NCBI GenBank assembly: GCA_001244265.2
Contig: CDLV01000006.1
Location: 1,612,001 to 1,676,000 of the forward strand
Reading direction: 5' to 3'
Length of the DNA: 64,000 bases
Source of the DNA: Microbotryum violaceum
Lineage: Eukaryota
A program made the position numbers and the translations under genes. Under the pieces are notes generated by a model, which did not search any database, was not told where the DNA came from, and saw only the letters and a program-made list of their open reading frames with translations. Each line of letters begins with the position of its first letter. Positions within the stretch are counted from its first letter, which is position 1. Below, one piece after another: positions 54,901 to 64,000 of this stretch.

Positions 54901-55431
54901 CTGCGTGAAGATTATTTGCGGATTAGGTTCCGAAATTGAGGAGAGTGAACAGTCAATAGACGGTACCTTGTTGGGGAAGCGAGGTAGCTTCAAGTCCCCA
55001 TACTGCGACTCGATTCGCAAGACGAGGATCCACTCAATCGGACCCACCGGAGGCAAGGGATTTGCTGGCCTGCCCAAATCGACACCGGAAGCGGCTTCGT
55101 GTTCGACAACAAGCGATATCTCGTTCGCATCCTGGGAGGTCTTGAATATCCTAATCTCCCTGTTGTGCGGTATAGAGAAGCGAGCGTTGGCCAGACTCGA
55201 TCTTCGACCCGAGGGTGTAGTTCGACCAGAGAGGTGCTGCGAGTCGTCTGCAGCGATGCCGAGGATGTGCGCCGCCTGAGCTGCTTCGGTGACGGAGGCG
55301 TGCAGAGAGGTCTCCAAGGGGAGAGGGCAGGAAGAGTAGTGCTTGAGTTGAGCAGTAACGGGCAGGGTGAGGAAAGGAATGGTGCGCTGCGTCGACGCGT
55401 AGTCGGATGGGCTCCCCGTGGCCATTGACAT
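51953..55431 (-). CDS. Uncharacterised multi-exon protein with a predicted membrane segment near the C-terminus
   Basis: Long minus-strand ORFs (189, 607 and 281 aa) joined by plausible GT-AG introns; hydrophobic WTWPLLAMLASILLGSI. No family recognised. Confidence 0.65.
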
Positions 55432-55890
55432 TTAATAATTGAAGCTGGAATCGCGAGTCATTCTCTCTTGGAATTCAAATTCTCATCAGCCTGCTCCTGC
55501 TCCTGCTCCTGCGGTTGCGTTCCTCACCCCACCGACTTGCTTTGACGTCGGCTTCGGATCCGGTACACCATGTTGCTTCGGATCCGTGGTCGTACACGTG
55601 CTCGTGCTCGTGCCTCGTCGAGTAGGTTATCGCGCGCATCGCTCGTCGTTGGAGTGAGAGAGATTGGTCGGTCATCCGTCGAGGTGTGACTTGGGGTGCA
55701 CCACCGCCCCACCGCCCCACCGCCCCACTCGACGGCACTCGCGTCGGTCGCACCACGCCCCACGCCCTGCACAGCTTGTACTGACCCTCCTTATGTTCGA
55801 ATCACAGGTGAGGACGAGGCTTTATCGTCTGCTCCAACGAGCAACGTCAACTCGCCCGCCCAGCCGGCCCCGAAACGACCTCGCTTCACG

Positions 55891-58993
<3,103 letters not shown>

Positions 58994-59756
58994 GAAGGTG
59001 CATTTGGTTTTTGGCAATTCGACGAGTGTTGTAATTTAGGCAAGACTTTATGTGATTTTGGAAGTGGCGTAGTGGGATGTGAGGGGTAAGTGTGGGGCGA
59101 TGGTGGAGCTTTGCTGGCGGTTGACCAAAAGGCGCCGCTTACCCGCCCAGGACTGCCAAGACCTCGTCCTCGACGCCGACGGAAAAGACCGAGCTCACTG
59201 TCGCGTTTGCTCATATCTACGCGATATGCGCGAGGAGGCAAAGCTCGGGAAAACTTACAAACCACCTAGACTAGCCGTTCATGCTAAGTGATAAGTCTAG
59301 ACTTTGTCATGACGAATGGAAGACATTTGAGAGAGAAAAAGCCCGAGCGCGACGACGCTGCTCAGCTGACCGGGTCGGCGGTTAAGCGGTTGGTCGGCAG
59401 ACTTGTCGGCAGTGTCTCACAAGTGCCCCAAGCTCTCTCTCCTCTCTCTTTTGCGACCACGTAATCCCATCCATCCATACACAGTCAGTACTCCAAGGGC
59501 TTTGAATTCGATCTGATTCGATTCCATGATCTGATCTTCTACGGTCTCTTTTCTCGTACAGCCCACTCCCTCTTCGGCGTATACTCTCGGGTGCGCTCGT
59601 TCCGACGATCGAAACCGCCGTAACGCGCCCGATCCGCTTCTTGCGAACGAACACGGGCCTTCTCACACGTCCACGCGGAACCCCACGACGAATTTCAGGT
59701 CAAGATTCGACCCCAAAGATAGGCTGAGAGCCCAGAGTGGTCTGGGAGCTGGCAGG

Positions 59757-62742
59757 ATGGATGGACCTAGTCGGGTCCATGGTGCTACAGCTTCGCTTTC
59801 GGCCTCGACGACGTCCACGGCTCGAGCGCTCGATCAGGATGACGAAGCGAGGCGATCGGAGGCTATGGGCATGTCAAATACAATTATGAGGGAGGAACCT
59901 AGACGATTCGCACCTTTACCTAAAAGGCAGAGACTACAACGGGTACAGCCGAGTAGGGACGAGGACGGTCATCATACGTTATCGACGAGCACGGCGAGAT
60001 CGGTTCCTCCGCGAACGATGACGATGGCTACGACGGGTAAAACTCGAGCTGCTTACGTCGCTTCGTCGAAATCGGCCAGTACGCTGATCAAACCTCAAGA
60101 TCTCGAAGTCGAGGATGAGCAATGGGACGAACATGTCGAGACGAATCGCATGATGGAACAATCTAGTCTAACCACGAGGAACCAAGAAGCGCACCAAGCT
60201 CTACTCGAATATCGCTCGAACGACCACGAGCATGGCGAGGACGATCAGGGGAGGACGAGCAATCACCCTACACCAAATAGGAGGCCACCGTTGGTCTCGT
60301 CGTCGTCTGAATTTTCATTCGTATCATCGTCTTCGGCGTCAGATGGGTATCAATTGGGGGAAGGCACGTCTTCCGGACAGACATTTCGTGGGAACACGTC
60401 GTCGTCGCCTAAGTTGGGGTCGGCGGAGGGTGATGGCGAAACAGAAGATCTGGACGATAGTAGGGTCGCTTCTTCTTCTTCGAACACCCCTTCAACAGTC
60501 GTAACATCCCCTGCATCGACCGCATCAAGCCAAGCTCGTCGTCCACGAGCTGGGGACAAGTCTGCGGGGGTGTCACACGATTTTTCCCACGACCCGCGCT
60601 ACGCCGAAGCCCTTTTTCCCGAACTCGAGGCCGATGAAGAAGAAGTCGACCTTTCAGAGGAGAGTCTGTTTGGTCAAGTCGGGAGGGACGTCTTGCGCCT
60701 CTTGAGGACATCGATGCAGAGTCTAGTTTTGTCGATCCCTCACAACGCTGAACTCGTCCTCGATGATACCGATATTGGTCGGCGAATCAATTCTTTGACG
60801 GGTGAGGTTTCGTGTTTGCGACCCAATCGACAATCAAGCGAGGAAAGGGTCCCCGAAGCGGACGAGGATGAGTCGTATCTGCATTTGCAGCCGTCGATTC
60901 GACAGGAATTGTCAACAACGATGACGACGAGTGAAGACGCCCCCGCTCTGACCAGGTACGATTCCCCGAGCCCAATCGAGAGTCAGTACGAGAGTTCGAA
61001 TGGAGATGGGAGGATGACCAAGAAGAGGAAGAACCCTTTGGGGTCGATCTCGATTGGGGAGGACGAGGAGGATGAGGAGAGGGAACGCGAGGATGGGTCG
61101 ACGAGGGAAGGGATGGGTGCGGAGGGGTTGACGAGGTACGAATCCGCTGGGGGGACGAGAGGGAAGTCTAGATCAGGTAAGGTCAGCGTGAAGGAACGCG
61201 ATTCCAAGAAAATCATTGGTCCTAACTGTACTTCCTGCTCTCTTCGATCGCACGCTAGTTCCAGCGAACCCACCGACCACGGCGAAAGCGGCGCTGGCCA
61301 AACTACGCCACCTGCCACCTCGCCTCTCGCGTGACTTTTGGACTCTAGGTCGCCGCCGACGCGAAATTATGGGCGATCAGAACCACCACCAACCTCTCGA
61401 ACTACCACCCGTCCCCATCTTCACCCCACCTGTCGTCCCTCGTCGAAGCGTACCCCCACCTCTGAAACCAGGTAGCGGGCTCAAAGGGTCGAAAGCGATC
61501 AAAGCCGCTGCCAAAGCCGAAAAGGAACGTCTCAAGGAACAGGAGCGAATCAATGCGCTTTTAGGAGGGTCCAAGTTTCGGTTGATCAATCTTTGGGATC
61601 CATTGGGATTGGAAGAATCCGCAGCAGCGATCGAGAGGGCTCGACGGAAGGCGTTGGCGAACGCGCTTCAGGAGTGTGGGGAGAAGAGAGCCGAGGTGCC
61701 GACTTTGGACGCGTTCGATGTGGATGGAAAGACTCCGCCTTCGATTGTCAAGAGGTATCGGGTGCTTAATGCGGCCAAGGATCGACTTCGGGTCGCCGAG
61801 TTGAATGCTGCGAAGGCGAGAGAGGAGGAGAATCTGAGGAGGTTGCAAAAGGAGAAGGAGGAGTTGGTTCGCGAGGTCGAGGCGAGCGAGGCCGCAGCCG
61901 CAGCCGCAGCCGGGGCCGATGCGGTGGTCGACCCGCTTCCCACTACACCTTCTGCACCCCCAACGGCATCCGTTCTGACGGCACCTCCTTCTCCCAAGGC
62001 CACTCGATCGACGAAGACTCGCCCATCGTCACCATCGGCCACTCGCTCCTCGTCGGCACAACCCCCGCCACCCTCTGCGGCGCCTACTGGTAAACCCTCG
62101 ACTGCGACCACGGTCACGCCTCTCAGTGCAGATCGCACGAACCTCCCCATCACGAGCTCAACGACATATACGACCGAGCCCCCTTCCGCAATCCCACTTT
62201 CGACACGCAAGCCTCCTAAGAAGGGCAAAAAAAAGCGTTCTGCCCACGCCAACGCTCTGAACCCTCACCATCTCAACAACTATACTCCTTCACGTATGCC
62301 CAACCGATCTTCATCCGGTGTCGCAGGTTCTTCATCGCCTCATGCCGACGCCCCTCCATCCCTTTTGTCCATCCTAGATGACGAGGTTCAACCTTTATCC
62401 TCCTGGCCCGCATCGGACCAAGTCATCTCCCAGGCCTTGCTCACCATCCGCAATCGAAGTGCAGGTGACGCATTGAGGTTCTTCGCTGGACCAGAGGAGG
62501 ATATTTGTGCGTTTTGCGATTATGAGCTTTGGTTTGGTGGGGAGGGAAATTTGGAGAGGTCTGTCAGGAGGAGGAAGAAGGTTTTGAAGGTTAGGAAGAA
62601 GGCCAAGGAGAGGGCGAGAAAGGCGGCGAATGGGAAGGTGGCGGCGGCGACGACGACAACGACGACGACGGTGGAAGACCAGGGAGGGGAGAGGCTGGAG
62701 TCTGGGAGTGGTGGGCGTGAAGTGGGGGATGCGGTGGAGTGA
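59757..62742 (+). CDS. Uncharacterised low-complexity, probably nuclear protein, 2 exons
   Basis: 525-aa and 508-aa ORFs joinable by an intron (GTAAGG near 61177, acceptor near 61258); basic clusters KKGKKKRSAHANALNPHHLNNY and an ICAFCDYELWFG motif. Confidence 0.65.
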
Positions 62743-64000
62743 GAGGGGGCTTGGATTGGTTTTCGATTTCGGACAAAGCGGCGCGGGGACGGATCTGTGG
62801 AAGTAGCGCATTCTCACTTGGGGGTTTGTTTCGCCCCACTCTCATTTCGTGCCTTTCTTGGTGTACATACACGCCATCTGGCATTTTTCGCATGCGCTTT
62901 CCGTTTTCCATACTCGAAATTCGCGGGGAAGGAGGATTCTCCGGCTTCTCACGTGGGAACGTGACCTTTCGTTGCTGGCTTGACGGAAGCCGGAGGCTGT
63001 ACACTTTTATGTACTCGTATCTTGAGATATGTCCCATTGGTCAGTTAGAAGGAGAAAATAAGTAGAAAAGACAGTAATCGTACGAGAGGAAAGGGCCGGT
63101 GCGGTTTGGTCCCTTCCGACGCGGAAATGCTTTCGTTAGATAAACAGCTCCGAGGAGCTCCGAGGAAAGCCAGTAATAACGGAGGAGGACCGCGGAAAGC
63201 CCAGCCTGACGCGCGTAGGCAAAATCCGGCAAAATCCCAGGTTTTGGACCCCCTTTGTCCAACATTTTTTGAAGTCTTCGCTCCAAAAAATCCTCCAAAA
63301 GTCCAGTCCAACTACGCGCGTCCAAAAATAGTTCTAGAATAGCTTCGAAGAATCGCGAAAACGCCGTCCGGACGTTACTCGCCCCGCCCGCACCGGCGCA
63401 GCCTGATTTATCCACCCCCGACCACGTACGCGCCTTCGCGATTTTGGCCCGTCTGAAGCCTTGTCTAGTCGGGCGCTATTACGCCAGCCCGGGCCTTCGG
63501 GGGAAGACCCCGAGTCAGCCCAATGTGCGTCTCGGAGATTTATACTTATCGGGCCCATTTATGCCTTGTAACATGCTACATGAGGTAATTTTTGATGGTA
63601 GAGTGACCTTTTCAACATGACGCGATAATTTGATCTTACAACGGAACACATACACCCCTTGGATAGGGGTATTCGGTGTACAAATCGGCTCCAAAACGGG
63701 GTTTAAATTTGTCGAGACGCCGGTCATTTCGGGGGTCGTGGCGGAGGGCCAATGTGAGCGAGCGCTCAACTTTGCGCACTCGGCCCACCTCAGCTCTTCC
63801 CCTCTGCACTACGTTTTCTTCGATCAGATCAGCTCCCCGCGTCTCGCGTATAACTTTGTCGACTAGTATATCTTCAGATCCCTTGACCCTGTCAGGTAGT
63901 GTGGCCGAATCTGGACCTCGATCGCCCGAACAACAAACACATCTCTACCGTGGTCATCGGGCAGTCATGGCGCCCGGATGGTTGCCCCAAGTTTCGCGAG

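Noticed and set aside
63080-64000. Possible transposon terminus (A-tract-rich non-coding DNA, small ACCCCT/AGGGGT hairpin)
   Set aside because: No second end, TSD or coding motif within the window.

Overview
Gene-dense, intron-rich fungal genomic DNA. GTGAGT/GTCAGT donors, CTGAC/CTCAC branch points, short introns and the protein families present suggest a basidiomycete, probably Pucciniomycotina (inference). About 15 spliced genes: Gid4/Vid24-like, enoyl-CoA hydratase, zf-PARP protein, SPT7, USO1, BOS1, a HAC1/HXL1-type bZIP, GPI-anchored phospholipase B, a formin, a PDR/ABCG transporter, importin-11/KAP120, VPS52, SSL2/XPB and two uncharacterised genes. Accessory DNA lies at about 22.3-28.6 kb (tRNA-like gene, hairpin, decayed LINE, G-rich repeat, and a 1.2-kb fold-back palindrome built from an XPG/FEN1-type PIN nuclease gene) and at about 48.4-51.9 kb (minisatellites and a 1-kb TIR element). 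The strongest hidden signal is a 20-nt non-spliceosomal IRE1-type intron (17455-17474, minus strand) bounded by two stem-loops. Its removal shifts the bZIP into an acidic activation-domain frame that the ORF track does not show. Exon boundaries were read by eye; no database searches or folding calculations were run.
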